A stretch of 64,000 nt of DNA from a virus. Lineage: Duplodnaviria; Caudoviricetes. The stretch is from the IMG/VR virus record IMGVR_UViG_3300037400_002261, positions 43,286-107,285 of that record; one strand, 5' to 3'. The translations under genes were made by a program, and so were the position numbers. Position 1 is the stretch's first letter. Every line of letters begins with the position of its first letter. The notes beneath the pieces were generated by a model. It saw nothing but the letters and a program-made list of their open reading frames with translations. It ran no database searches and was not told the origin of the DNA. Positions 35,501 through 49,300 of this stretch are shown piece after piece.

Positions 35501-38500
35501 TTATATCATCTATGGAACTTTATGATGAATTCGATAATATTGGCGAAGATTTTCAGAAGGTTATTAGAGATGGTATAGCTAAATTAGATATTACTAGTCT
35601 TTCAACTGATAGACAAAATGAATTTGCGAGTGATCCAAGAGCGTTTATAAGAAAAATGTTTTTAGATCCTATTTCTGATGGTATGTTGAATTCTAAAGGT
35701 ACTATAAAATAGGAAAAACTAAAACTTTTTAATTAGCTTTTATCTTTTGATGGTAATGATTTAAAAAATAGTGATTATACTAATCAAATAAATCAAATTA
35801 TATCTCAAATTACAGATATTCCAAATAAATAGGCTGAAATTCGTATTGCATTAGGATTTACATATGAAGATAAATAGGGGAACGAGATTTGGAATGTAGA
35901 CGATGCTAGAGAAAAATTATTTGAAAATATTGGTGGTTCGATTGATTATGTAGATGGCATCAAAAGAATTAATAATACTATTGGAGGTATTTCATTTGAA
36001 GATTTTTCAACATTAGGTCAATCTGATTTTGAAGCCATTGATTATGCTTTAAAAAATATGAAAATACCTGATGATATTGAACTTTCGTGGGAAAAGCTCC
36101 TTAATATTATATAGAAAGCAAAAGAGGAAATGAAAAATTCTCCGAAGGTTGAAAAAGATGGAAGCCTTGCATCACTTTTTAATGATGATAAATACCAATC
36201 AGATAGTGAAAAGTATGAAAAATCTCTTTCTTCACTTACTTCTGCCCTTGAAACATTACGTACAGAGGGTGAATTAAGTAAAGATGCTACCAAAGAATTA
36301 ATAGAGCAATTTCCAGAGTTGGCTTCAAAAATAGATGATACTGGAAGAATTACAGAAGATTTATTGAGTAATGCTATGGCAGATGAACTTGCTAATTGGG
36401 TTAAATTAATAAAAGATGCAATGAAAGAAGCATCACCAGAAGAGTAGAAAGGTATGCAAAAATATATAGATACATTAATAGCAAGTTATGGAGAATTGGG
36501 AATATCTGCTGAAAAAGCAAAAGAACAAGTATACAAATCGCTTGTAGATACTGATGCTTTAGGTGGCACAACTAATTAGATGGCATAGGTACAAGATATA
36601 ATATCTGCGCTTGAAGGAAAATATAGAAAAGATTTAAATTGGGAAATTGTATGGACACTTGCAGTAAATGATATGTTATCTCCAGATCTTGAATCTACAT
36701 TTAATGCATATGATGGTTTAGAACTTGAATGGAATATAAATATTAATGAAAGAAAGTTATAGGATATTCAAAGAAAATTAGGTTTAGGTCAAGCAACCAA
36801 AGGTCGAATATAGGCTGATTAGTCAAAAAAAGATGCATCTGGTCATATTCTTACTGAATAGGATTATGCTACTCTTGGAAGGAATCTAGCATAGGAAGTT
36901 AAATATAATAAGGATGCAGAAAAAATTGCATTTGATGAATTTACTGAAGCTGAAAGAAAAGCTAATGAAAATCCTTTACTCAATGAAAACCTAGTTAATT
37001 ATCAAAATAAGATGAAAGCATATGAAGAATCAAGAACAGCTACTGCTAATGCTGAAACAGAAGAACTTCAAAACACTGTAAAACAATATCAGTCTGAATC
37101 TGAAATATTACAAAACGCATATCAGAATTTACAAAATGAATCTAAAGAACTTGATAATGAAATAACTGAACGTACTAATCTTGGTCTTGAAGCGACTGCT
37201 AATCAAATTCAAAACAGAATCCAAGGTTCGCAAGCGCAAATTGAATCTCTTGATGCTCAAATTCTCGCAAAGCAAGAAGAAGCTAATAAATTTGCAAGTG
37301 ATACCAGATTTGGAACTGATAGTCAGTTTTATAAAGATGCTGTTTCTGCCCAAGATGATCTTCGTAGTCAACAAATAGAACTTGAAAATAAAATTCTTGA
37401 TGACAATCTTCTTCTTAATGGTGGAATGAGAATTAATGAACTTTCAGCCGAACTTACTGATTTACAATCGGTTGCAACAGATGTTCAAGATGCAATGTCG
37501 TTTAGAGAGGCTCGTGGAATAAAACCAACTGTAAAAGATTATCAGAAACTTACTAAGAATAGTAAAGATTAGATTAAGAATATTAAAGAACAAAATGATA
37601 AATTAAAAGACCAACAAAGATATCTTGTTGATAATTATGGAGAAGTTGCTAGAACATCTTAGAGATATCGTGATATTCAATCACAAATTGATAGTAACAA
37701 TGCTTCTCTCCGTTCTCTCGCATAGAGTCAATTCGAATGGGGAAATCAAATGGCACTTGGTTCTATTTAGAATATTATGGATTCTTTCAGTGCTGCACAG
37801 TCTGCTATGGGTAAAGGTCATTTAGATGATACTTCTACATTATTGAGTCTTATTGATGCAAATCGTAATTATGCAGAAGCATTAATGACAACTACAACTG
37901 GCACATATGTTGATGCATAGGCTATGGCTGAATTAGCGCAAGAACAAGGTGAGCTTACTATCTCGATGATTGATGCCGAAAAAGCCGCTGAAGCTATGAA
38001 CTATCAAAAGAATGAAAGTGAAATTTTATCACTTGCTAAATCTATTGATCCAACTATCAATTCTATTGAAGACCTTAATAGAGAAATTGCACAAAATCCA
38101 GATTCACCACAATGGTCTGAGATACTCAACCTTCAAGATGCTAATAAAGATATTCAAAGTACAATTGATAATCTCCAAGCAATGAAAGAGCAAATGCTTG
38201 CTACTACTTCTGCTCTTGGAAGATATCAAATGGCACAATCTACAGCAAATATGTCAGACCCAATGCAGACTATTCGTAATGGAATGGAAAATGCTTAGAA
38301 ACTTTATGATTAGGGTTGGTGGGGAATGGATGATTTCACTACCTATGCTGATTTATTGGCAACTAATGAATAGCTTGCTAATGGTACTGCTGTTGATTTC
38401 TTTGAAGAGAATAAGAAAGCGAGAAGTAAATATCTTACAGAAGATCGAAAAGGTGTTGATAAATGGGTCGATGATATGATCGCTAAATCAGAAGAACTTG

Positions 38501-41500
38501 GAACTAGCTGGGCAAAATTGACTGATAAAGGATACAAATTTGACATAGATAGTATGGAAGAGTTTGCTGATGCTATGGGTACTTCGACTGAGTTTGCTGA
38601 ATATATGCTTATGGCGATGAAGGATGCTGCTTATGATGTTGATATATCTCGTATTGGTGATCGTTATGCAGAAACATTTGATAAAATTGTTGGAACAGAA
38701 GCTAATGCTGGATAGCAAATTTCGAATTTATTAAATGATATGGAAGCTACTGCTTCTGCTGGTGGAGATATTACTCAAGCTGCTGAATCTGCTGGATAGG
38801 CTATTTAGAGGATGCATGATGCAGGAGCAAGTGATGCTACAATTAATAAACTTGTTGAAACATATAATGAACTTGGTGAATTGAATGGTTTCCGTATTGA
38901 CCCGAAAACATTAGAGATTACCACTAATGTGGATAAATCTGAATTAGAAGTAACTGAAAAAGAAGCTGAGAAACCTATTGATAAATGGATTAAGATTAAA
39001 ACTAAATATGATATTTCCGAAGAAGATATCACAAACACAAATAATGCAATTCAAAGGGCATTTTAGGGAAATAAAGCAAATGCTGAATAGTATTTAAAAG
39101 ATTCTGGTATAAGTGATAATACTGCTGCTGAGTTATTTGAGATTGATTTTGAAGATGGGGAATATAAAATTGAAACAGCTGATGCAGAAGCAGCTATTGA
39201 AAATCTTGCAGTTAAAATTGGATTAATAAATGATAAATCTGAAATTACAAATGAGACTGCCCAAGCACTTATTGCTACTCTTGCTGAACTTGGTCTTATT
39301 GATATTGAAACAGATGTTGATATAAATGATATTAAAGAAGCTGAAGAAAATATTGATAATCTTCACAAGAAGTCTGAGAAACCAGTTAAAATTAAAACTG
39401 AAATAGAAAGTGAATAGAATCGTGATACAAGTGCTTATTATTCTTCTATTGAACCATTATCTCGCAGAGTTCAATCTGAGCATCAATAGAATTTAGATAC
39501 GAGTGCTCACTATACTATGCCAGAAGCTGGTGAATTAGAACAACATCGTAGAATTGTTTATCAAATTCAAACAGAACTTGCAGACGGTGGAACTACGATT
39601 AATAAACTTGAGAATTTAACTGACCAAGAAATTGTGGAACGTTTTAATGTCGAAGGTGCTGAAGAAATTCAAATGGTTCGTGATACTATATCTGAAATAT
39701 CATCATCTGAGGGTTATGATCTTGTTGTGAAAATAGATCAAGAATAGCTTGATTCTATAACAGAAGCATTAAACCCAACTGAACAAGAACCAATTATTCC
39801 AGAAGTTGATAATACTCAAGCACTTGATGCTATAGAAGAAGTGTCTGAAAAAGTAGAAGAACTTGCTTAGAGAATGTCTGAGTTGAAACTTACAGTAGAT
39901 AATGGTAATGGTATAGAAGAAGGTGGGTCTGCATCAATAGAATTAGAAACACCAGATAAAACAACATCATCTGGTTCATCGACTTAGGAATAGGTTGTAA
40001 CTCCTACTGCTATTAACTATGCTGATAATATGGTTATTAGTGCTCAAGCCGTAGTAGATAATGTTGATACTTCACAATATGATGGTATACAACTTGATGA
40101 TAAAGAAGCACAAGTAAATGTAAAAGCTGATACATCTGAAGCTGAAGGTGAAATTAATACGTTTACAAGTAATCCATTTACTGCAATTGTTAATTTTATC
40201 ACTGGTAAAAAAGCCGATACTCCCGAAGAATCATCACAAAGTTCAGAAACAATTACTATGAATTATGAACCTGGTTCAACTGGTGAAGTTGAAGGTGCAA
40301 TAGATAACGTTAAGGGTTATGCAGAAAGTAATCCAGCAGAAATACCAATAAATGGAAATAATGATGATGCAAAAGCAAGTGCTGATGAAGCTGAATCATA
40401 TGCTAGTGGCAAAACTCCGCAAATGAGAATTACTGGTAATGCTTCGGCTGCATTAGGTTCAGCTGATGCTGCTGTAAGTGTAATTAATGCTAAAACAGCA
40501 CAAATTAAAGTATCTGCTGATACATCTACGCTTGTGAATAGTGTTAGTAATGCTCTTTCTAATAGGACATTTACTGCTAATGTAGTAGCAAATATAACTG
40601 GTACGCTGATGAATGTTGCTGTTTAGAAACCAAGTGCTTCTGCTCCAGTTAAAGGTGATTCTGGAGCAAAAGATGCGCCATTTTATACTGGTACTCTCCT
40701 CTCTCATGCTCGTGCAACTGGTACATTAAAAGATTTTGATGATTATATTATTGGTGGTAAAGCACACGCAAATGGTGATGTTACTATTCCTCAAGATGAA
40801 GATTCATTAGTAAATGAACTCGGTACAGAATCAATTATAAGGGATGGTATTTGGAGATTAATTCCAGGTGGAATGCATGTAGAACATTTGAAAAAGGGAG
40901 ATATTGTTCTGAACCATTTGTAGACTCGTGATCTTATTGAAGACGGGAAAGCATTTGGTAATGGTAAACTTATAGGTAATGCATTTGCTAAAGGTACTGC
41001 ATTTAATGGAATGCCAGCACATGCTACTAAACGAGACTCAGAAGCTCATAGCAATGGCGATAGTTCAAGAGTAAATCCTGCTCGTCAACATGTTGGAACT
41101 TTACCTCAATCTACTGGTACTGGAAATCTTGGTAAAACAATAGGAGATGCTGGCAATCAAGCACAGGGTGCTGGTCAAGATATTAAAGACGCAGCTGAAA
41201 ACACTGAAACCGCTCTTGATAGATTCAAGAAATGGGCAGACTCACTCTTCGACTGGATTGAAGTCCGTATGGAACGTCTGCAACATTCTATTGATAAGTC
41301 AACAGCATAGGCTGAACTTGCAAGAACATTCTAGAAGAAGAATTCACATATTGAAGACGCAATGACAGTTCTTCAAGGTCGCAATACTAAAGCTGAACAG
41401 AAACAAGTCACGAAAGAAATAAAAGAAGAAAAAGCTGCTGCAAAGAAAGCGGGAGCAAATCTTAAAAAGACCACTTATGGTAATATAGATATGAATAATC

Positions 41501-44500
41501 GCCAGACGATTACTTGGGATAATAAGAGTCTTAAGAAGAATAAGAAAGCACTTCAATCTCTCGATCCAGATGCAAAGAAGAATTGGAAACAATATTCTAA
41601 AGACCTTAAGGGTACTACTTCTACTGTATTTGGTGCGTCAAGTACATATAAGTTTGACGGCAAATCTATAGATATTGCTTTTAGTCCGATGCTTCAAACA
41701 GATAAGGGTGCTGAGATGTTAACTCAAGATACCATAGATAAATACATTAGCACTCTTATTAAAAATGCAAATGGAGATACTTCTAAACTGATAGAACTCG
41801 ATGTTGAGGGTGCTGATGTCGGCGGTAAGAGAATTAAAGGTATTCTTGCCGATGTTGGTAAGTCTGCACGAAAAACAGCTGAACAAATGCATTATGTTGG
41901 ATCTTTTGGCTCTATAGAAATGGCTAAACAAGAACGTCAATCTCTCAAGGATCAAATGACTGGTAAGGTTAAACAAGATGAGCAAGGTGCTACTCGTTAT
42001 TATAAACAAGCTAATAATGTACAGAATAAAGCAATAAATGAGGGTGTTCTTTCTGCTGACAAGATTGCTGAACTTGTTAAGTTAATAAAGAATGGTAAAA
42101 TTGATATTGAAGAATATAAAGCTATAAAACATACTGAAAATGGAAAAGAAGTTGAAGAAACTCCAGAATCTGAATTTATTGCAGCTTATAAAAACTGGTA
42201 TGATAAAGCTCAAGAAATGGAACTTCAATATTATGAAGACCGTCAGTCTCTTATTGAGATGGAGCAAACTCAGCTTGATAATATTACTGAAGAGTTTGAT
42301 AGTCGTAGTGATTTATTTGAATCAAGGTAGTCAAGGATTGATTCTGAAAAACAATTAAGTCTTGCTAATGGAGAAGATCCGAGATCTAAATCAATTAAAC
42401 AAAATGTAAGCAAATAGTTAGCACAACAAGACTTTTTGAGAAATAATCTTGATGAGGAAGCTTATGCTTATAAACAAGAAATGGAAGATGCGATAAAAGC
42501 ATTTGGAAAAGATAGTAATCAATATCGTTAGGCATAGGCTCAGTATAATGAAATTATTTAGCGTAAAAATGAAGCTGATTTAAAATATATTGAAATGCAA
42601 AAAGATTATGAAAAAGAACGCCTTGACTTTATTCAAAAAAGATATGAAACTGATGTGAATTATGCTGAATCTGTAAAAGCAACATCAGAATCTCTTACTT
42701 CTTTATATAGAGCACAGGGTAAGGCAGAAGACAGTAAAGATATAAAAAAGACTTATAATAAATAGATAGATTAGCAGGAAAAAGTCACTAGTCTTCTTTC
42801 AGAAGAAATGGAAAATTATAGAACTGAATTAAAACGTGCTAAAAAGATTTATGGCGAAGGTAGTGACGAATATAAAGAAGCACTTACAACATATAAGGGA
42901 ATGAGTAAGGCTTTAAATGAAAGCAAAGAAGCTACCATTCAATTAAAGCGTGACCTTATGGAACTTGATATTACTGTTATTGGATATGGTATTGATAGAC
43001 TTCAGCATAAAGTTGGATAGATGGGTTCTATAACAGATCTTATTGCAAAACGTGGAAAACGAGCCAACGATTCTACTTCTGGTGTAAAAGAATCGGATTA
43101 TACAAATCAAATTAGTATTAATAATGACATCAAAAAGAAATTACAAGAAAGAATTGATGCATTACGAGAAGAACAAAAAGGTTTAGATGAAAATAGTCAA
43201 GCATATATGGATCTTGAAAATAGAATTTGGGCTGATAGTGACGCAATGATTGACCTTATGTCTCGTAATGAAGATTTGGCTCAACAAGTCCGAGAACTTC
43301 GTTGGAAACCGTTTAATGAACTTTCTGATAAAATCGATGACGCTATTGGTGACTATGACCACCTTATATCTCTTATGAACGAACAATCATTCTTTGATGA
43401 TTTTGGTGATGGATATAAATTAACAATTGATGGTCTTAGCGCACTTGCTCTGTATGGCGAATAGATTGATGCTAATGAAAGAAAGATTGCTCTGTATCGG
43501 GAAGGTTTAAAAGCACTTTCTGAAGAATATAAGAATCGTAATATTGGCGAAGAACAATATATTCAGTAGTCAAGAGAATTTAAGGGAGTTATTCAAAGTT
43601 CTGCTTCTGCTATTAAACAGGAACGTGAGCAAATAATAGCACTTTATAAGACTCAAATGACCAATGAAGCTAATGCTCTTAAGAAAAATATTGATGCTTA
43701 TAAGGAATTGCTAAATCGTAAAAAGGGGTACTACGATTATGATAGACAATTAAGTGATAAGAATAAGAATATCCAAATGCTTGAACGTGAACTTCGTGCA
43801 TTAGAAGGTGTTGCTGGTGCTGAAGCTGCCGCTGAAAGAGCTAAAATTGAAGCAGATCTTTATGAAGCAAAACGTGATAGAGATGATACTGTACAAGAGC
43901 ATACATATAATCTTCGCACACAAGGTCTTGATGATTTAGAGAAAGATATTGATGAAACGCTTGATAGAAATCTGAGAGCAGTTGAAGCAAGCACATCTGT
44001 TTAGGATTAGGTTGTATCTGATATGTTAGGCAAAGTATTACTTAATTACAATACCGCTTACGAAGGTGCTGGTGGCATAAATGAAGTGATTGGTTCTGCT
44101 GGGACAAAGACAACTGAAACTACTACAAAACAAACGGAAGACAATAATAAGATGCTTAATGAAACTCGTAAAAAATATGCAACAGATGTTCAATTAATGA
44201 AAAACGAACTTGACTCATTGATGGCTAAAAATGCCGCCAATAATACTGAGCAATATAAAGCTACCGATAAAATGCTAACAGATACAAAAACTGATTATAA
44301 TACTGTCTATGGCAATATTCAACAATTAATAACAGAGACTGGAACTAAAGTGGGTACGGAAGCGGAAACTTCTATGGGAAAAATGAAAGAAACTATTTCC
44401 ACTGCCATGAAAACAACAGAAGAAGGTATTGATAAGTGGATTGAAAAGAATAAAGATAAAGGATTTACAATTGAAACTAAACTTATAGAAACTGGAAACG

Positions 44501-45462
44501 AAGGTAAAACAGACGGAGAAACAGACAGATGGCGTAATGCCGCTAATCCAGATAATGGCGGTGGAACTAAAAGTGCTAGCGGTGGAGGTACTAAAGGCGG
44601 TTCTACTGGAGGTGGTACTAAAGCTAGTGCTAATGCTGGTGGTGGTGCTAAAAAGGATACTAAAGATACTAAGAATGCTGGAGGTGCTAAACCTGCTGCA
44701 ACTGGTGGTGGTGATAAAAAAGATACGGAAGTTAAAACTGTTGCGAGTAATACAAAATCCGTTGATGCTGTTATTAAATCTTTATCTAGTAGAAGCAAAA
44801 CATTAACAGAAGCAGAAAAGAAAGCACATTCTGGTTTATGGGAATATGTCGCAAAGAATTATGGAAAATCAATCACTGGTAAAGGAATTATTGAATTAGC
44901 TGATGCGCTTGGTGTATATGTTTCTGCTACTTCTAGAAAAGCAAATAAACCTACTAGTGTAGAAAAGATTACAGTATTAGATGCTTTAAAACGTTATGAT
45001 AAGACTACATTAAAGACTGGTATTTCATCTGCGATTGGCATTGGTTTAAAGACTGGTGTTTCATCTGCTATTAATAAGAAAGGTTATGCAAAAGGAACTC
45101 TTGGTACTAAGCAAGATGAACTTAACTGGACTCATGATGGTGAAATCATCCGCATGGCAGATGGGGCAATTCTCAGACAGTTACCGCAAGGTACGCAAGT
45201 AATACCAAGACTTGAAAGTCAGAACCTTATGAAGTGGGCATAGATGGACCCGAATAAGTGGACACATGAAGGAATTAATTTGGAAGTAGTTAAGTCAACT
45301 CCGAATCAGGAAATTAATCCTGTGCTTAACTATTCTCCGACTATAAACGGAACTGGATTAAACGAACAACAAGTATTAGATCTTCTTAAGAAAGATCGTG
45401 AAGATGCATTCAGAGACTTTACTAATCGTATTAGAAAAGACCTTAGAATGTCAGGTAGGTAA
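20530..45462 (+). CDS. Giant tape measure/polyvalent protein (~8,310 aa)
   Basis: GGGAGG RBS, ATG20530. More than 30 track ORFs from 20806 to 45244 share frame +1 and end in TAG; gaps spot-checked show no TAA/TGA. TP901-type tape measure core at ~33100-34100 ('YDTAMMEIRKVS...IDKLNGVG...AGNDVDQSIALL'). C-terminal 'GYAKGT...GE.I...G..VIP' motif. Directly before Dit. Confidence 0.88.
27847..28422 (+). repeat. Three tandem ~60-aa helical repeats in the giant protein
   Basis: 'F..YA.GKLNKL.LG..K..AVA(L/I)WNSLKP(T/S)I.....AD.V...I...L.E(W/F)' three times; TGGAATTC(A/T)TTAAA(A/G)CC recurs in the DNA. Confidence 0.85.
28780..30600 (+). other. Three tandem ADP-ribosyltransferase-like (ART-PolyVal-type) domains inside the tape measure protein
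   Basis: Domain 1: 'TLFHSS...FDKFD...GAKFGKGAYFST....YG...GYDAL....IVVFN..NI'. Domain 2: 'AFRG...YWSSD...A..YA...TDDV...FDG.IF..I.D...ESQI'. Domain 3: 'TLYRG...GTFFTDN...A..YA...TTDEI...GVVF.NVRDG'. Confidence 0.7.
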
Positions 45463-45470
45463 CTATTGTT

Positions 45471-45505
45471 TAGGGTGGGAGATATACTCTCCCATCCTAT
45501 TTTAT
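45471..45505 (+). terminator. Terminator-like hairpin after the tape measure gene
   Basis: TAGGGTGGGAGA/TCTCCCATCCTA stem followed by TTTTATT. Confidence 0.7.
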
Positions 45506-45523
45506 TAAACGAGGTGCCATGAT

Positions 45524-46366
45524 ATGAGTGGATTTATATATAGAAATCAATCTACTGAAAATATTATTGGACGTAGATTAATATTATGCAGTTTTGACGG
45601 TGCGGTCAGCTCTATCACTGGTGTACAGCGTCAAAACCAAATTGGGGAAGTGACTATCACTCGGCATATCCCCAATGAATATGGTGTGATTAATTCAAAT
45701 CTTCAATTTCAATACTCTCTCACTCTCGACCCTTGCTATAAGGACGCAGCACCGTTTATTACAAACGAAGAACAAATTGTAATTGAAAGGTGGTTAACTT
45801 CACCAAAATTTTCGAGTGATTTATATATTATTAATGACAACGATGAAATAACATGTACATATTGCGGGAAATTTACTGAAACAACTTGGATACCTAGTCG
45901 TGAAGGATTTTCGGGTGTAACTTTTACATTTGAAAATAATTCCGCTTACGCAAAGGAACATAGAGAATTTACATTTAGTAGTGATACAAACAATTGGAGT
46001 TTTGTATTAGATTGTGATTCGGATGAACTGGAAGAATATGTTTATCCTGTTATTACATTTATAAATCCTAATAGTACAACAGAAATAAAAATTACAAATC
46101 ATACAGACATTGGTGAAATAAATAATAACACTCTTAACGTTGAAAAAGATATTCCTCTTATTATGGATTGCCGACATTGTATTTTAACAAATGGTGTGAC
46201 AAATGGTACGTTTTCATTTGATGATGTTGGTTGGGCTGATGTTGGAAATATCTATTGGCCCAGATTGATACCTGGGGAAAATGAAATCTGGATTGATAAA
46301 CCATGCACAATAAAAGTCTCGTATGATGTAGTAAGAAAGAAAGTGGGTGGATGGTTAAATGATTGA
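45524..46366 (+). CDS. Distal tail protein (Dit)
   Basis: Intact 280-aa ORF after the tape measure gene; 'I.RWLT', 'YPVI.F' and 'WPRLIPGENEI' motifs typical of Siphoviridae Dit. Confidence 0.8.
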   Translation: MSGFIYRNQSTENIIGRRLILCSFDGAVSSITGVQRQNQIGEVTITRHIPNEYGVINSNLQFQYSLTLDPCYKDAAPFITNEEQIVIERWLTSPKFSSDLYIINDNDEITCTYCGKFTETTWIPSREGFSGVTFTFENNSAYAKEHREFTFSSDTNNWSFVLDCDSDELEEYVYPVITFINPNSTTEIKITNHTDIGEINNNTLNVEKDIPLIMDCRHCILTNGVTNGTFSFDDVGWADVGNIYWPRLIPGENEIWIDKPCTIKVSYDVVRKKVGGWLND

Positions 46367-49300
46367 AGCCCAAAAGAAAATATATTTATGTAGACCAAAT
46401 GGTAAAATACTTACATAGCTTAATGGTGTTGATACTGAATCGGTTGAATACGGTGTTCATGTAAAAGATTTTAATGATATATCATTTACTGTGTAGAGAT
46501 ATATTCTTGTTGATGGTGAACAAGTTGAAACTAATGGCTATAATGATCTTCATGTTGGAATGAATATTCTTCTTGAAGGAAAAGATATGTTTTAGATACA
46601 AGAGCCTACTATTTCTAATGATGGTGTTAAAGAATATAAAACTGTAAAAGGTTATTCTCTTGAACATGAATTTATGGAGAAAAGTTGGATTGGATTAAAA
46701 GTTAATACTGGCGAAGACGGTTCACTTGAATATCAATCAAAATCTAATCTTGATGATTTTGGATTTTCAAAACAGTACGTCACATTTTATAAGCCTAATA
46801 ATTCTGGACAAACGGAATATTCGCTTATTCACCGTATTCTTGAGAAAGTACCAGGCTGGTCTGTAGACGATAAGGATATAGATGGTGTTCTTTATGATAA
46901 GAAGATTAAGATTGATGAAGAGAATATAAATCTTTATGCTTTATTAACATCAGTGATTGCACCAAAGGCAGAATGTATATTCTTGTTTGATACTATTAAT
47001 AAAAAGATAAAAGCTGTTGCTAAAGAAAGTCTTGATGCTACGTATTATGATACTAATATATTTGTTTCAATGAGAAACTTAGTCAGAACTTTAGATGTTT
47101 AGACAAATGAAGATTCGGTATATACTGTATTTAATGTTTCTGGTGAAGATGATTTAAATATCAGATATGTAAATTATAATGATAGATATATTTATGACTT
47201 ATCTTATTTTATGGCTGAACCGTGGATGAACCAAACACTCATTGATAAAATAGCGGCTTGGTAGCAATGGCGAGAAGATAATCATGATTTATATATTTAG
47301 AAATCAAAGCAAGTCGAAGAACTGAATGATCGAATTTATATGATTACCTATCAAACTCCCAATGATGGTGATGATTGGTAGCAATGGGATACAATGAGTT
47401 TGGAAGGATTGAATGGAGCATATAGAATGTTCTATGCATATTTAGTTGCTATTCTTGCAAGTGCTGATGGTGACCCATCTTATGATGAAAATGGTGATTA
47501 TATTATTCGCCGTAACGGTGCTGGCGAAATAGATGATGATTATTATAAACCGAGATTATTATCTGACTCTCTTGGATACTACACATATTATGAAATAAAA
47601 ACTTATATTCTTCCAAATATTCAAATAGCAGTTGATAATAAGGCTAAGGTAGAAGATAAAAAAACTGATTATGTTAAAGAATATGAAACTAATTGGGAAT
47701 TATATGGGTTGAATCTTCTTGACGAAAAGAAGAAACAAATTTCAGATTAGATATTAAATTTAGCTGATTATGAAAAAAATTGGGATGATATGACTAATCA
47801 AGAAAAAGCACAATATAATGAGATGTCATACAAAACACATCATCAATAGCTTATGGAACGTATTGAATGGTATGATGGTTTGGTTGAGAGGGAAGATGAA
47901 CTTAATGAAGAAAAGGCATCTATTTAGAATTAGATTGATGCCCTTAAACCCGAACTTGAAGAGTTTAGAAACAAGGCTTTAATCACACACAGTGATTGGG
48001 GTCTTACCGAGGATGAACTTGAATTATTTAATATCCTTTGTAAATATACTGATTACACAAATAGTAATATAGTGACTACTTCTCTCACAACAACTACGAG
48101 TAAGTTTGAGAACCAAGAGGAATTATATAAAGACTCTGTATCAAAACTTTCTGAAGTTTCTTAGCCACAATATAGTTTTAATGTAGATATTGATAATTTC
48201 TTTGATATACCTGAGTTCGCAGCTTGGAAAGAAAAATTCCATCTATTGAGATTTATGAGAGTTGGAATTCGTGATGATTATTCTGTTAAGTTGAGACTTA
48301 TTGGATATACTACAAATCCTTGTGAAATTGACCCGATGTTAACTGTAGAATTCTCTAACTTTATTACATCAAAATCTGGAAGAAGTGATCTTACAGAATT
48401 GTTATAGTTGGAAAGTGGTTCTTCAAGTCCAAACTCTATATCAATTGGTAAAGGTAATGCTAGTGATGCCGAAGAATATGCCACAAATTTATTTTATATG
48501 TTATCTAAAAGCGGAATGTTTAAATCTGGTGCTAGTAATACTGCAAGTGGAACTACTAATTCTACATTCTCTGGTGTTAGTACTGCTAATCTTATTAATC
48601 TTTATACAACAACTGGATATATTACTGATGCTGTTATGAGTGAAGCTAAAGTAACTGACTATCTTGATGCTGTTAAAGTTAATGCCGCCACGGTTTAGGC
48701 GGGAACTGTTATTGCCGACAGAATTCTTCTTAAAGGTAATGGGAGTGGAATCCTTTATTAGTTAAATAATCTTGGTGGTCTTGAGAGCGAAAATATGAGT
48801 ACGCTTGATGGATTTATATTAACTGATCGTACTATTCTTGCTGATAAGATTGTTGCGGATACTATTACGGCACGAGAAATTACAACTGACAAGTTACGTG
48901 GTACTGGTGGATGGATTAATCTTAGAGATGGTTCATTTTGGTATGGGCGAGGTGCTTATACTAATAATGATAATTTTGTAAGTTATAAAGAAGATCCAGT
49001 TGAAAAAGCTGCCGAGGAAGCATTAGCCGCACAGATAAATAATAGTGATAATTCTATTTCTTGGATAAACGGTGTTTTAAATATTGATGGTATTATTACT
49101 GCTAGGGATGGTGGAGATATTGGTGGTTTCAAGGTTTCAACTACTGCCAATATTGGCACTACTGCATAGGGTGGGCATCGATTCCCGAAATCTCTCTATC
49201 ACCAAACAAGTGATAATACTTATGAATATGAGACTGGTATTACTGATGGATTAATTAGCGGAAACCTTCTCCCAACTCAAAAGGCATTTTATATTAAGAG

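Noticed and set aside
44556-44720. GGTGGTGGT/ACTAAA-type short repeats as a CRISPR array or DNA repeat element
   Set aside because: They encode a Gly/Thr/Lys low-complexity linker (GGGTK) and have no constant repeat-spacer periodicity. The same applies to the Pro-rich tract near 22010-22120.
20530-45462. Interpretation as a decayed prophage with many nonsense mutations, or as dozens of small genes
   Set aside because: Interruptions are exclusively TAG in a single frame, with no frameshifts and no TAA/TGA seen. This is the signature of recoding, not decay.
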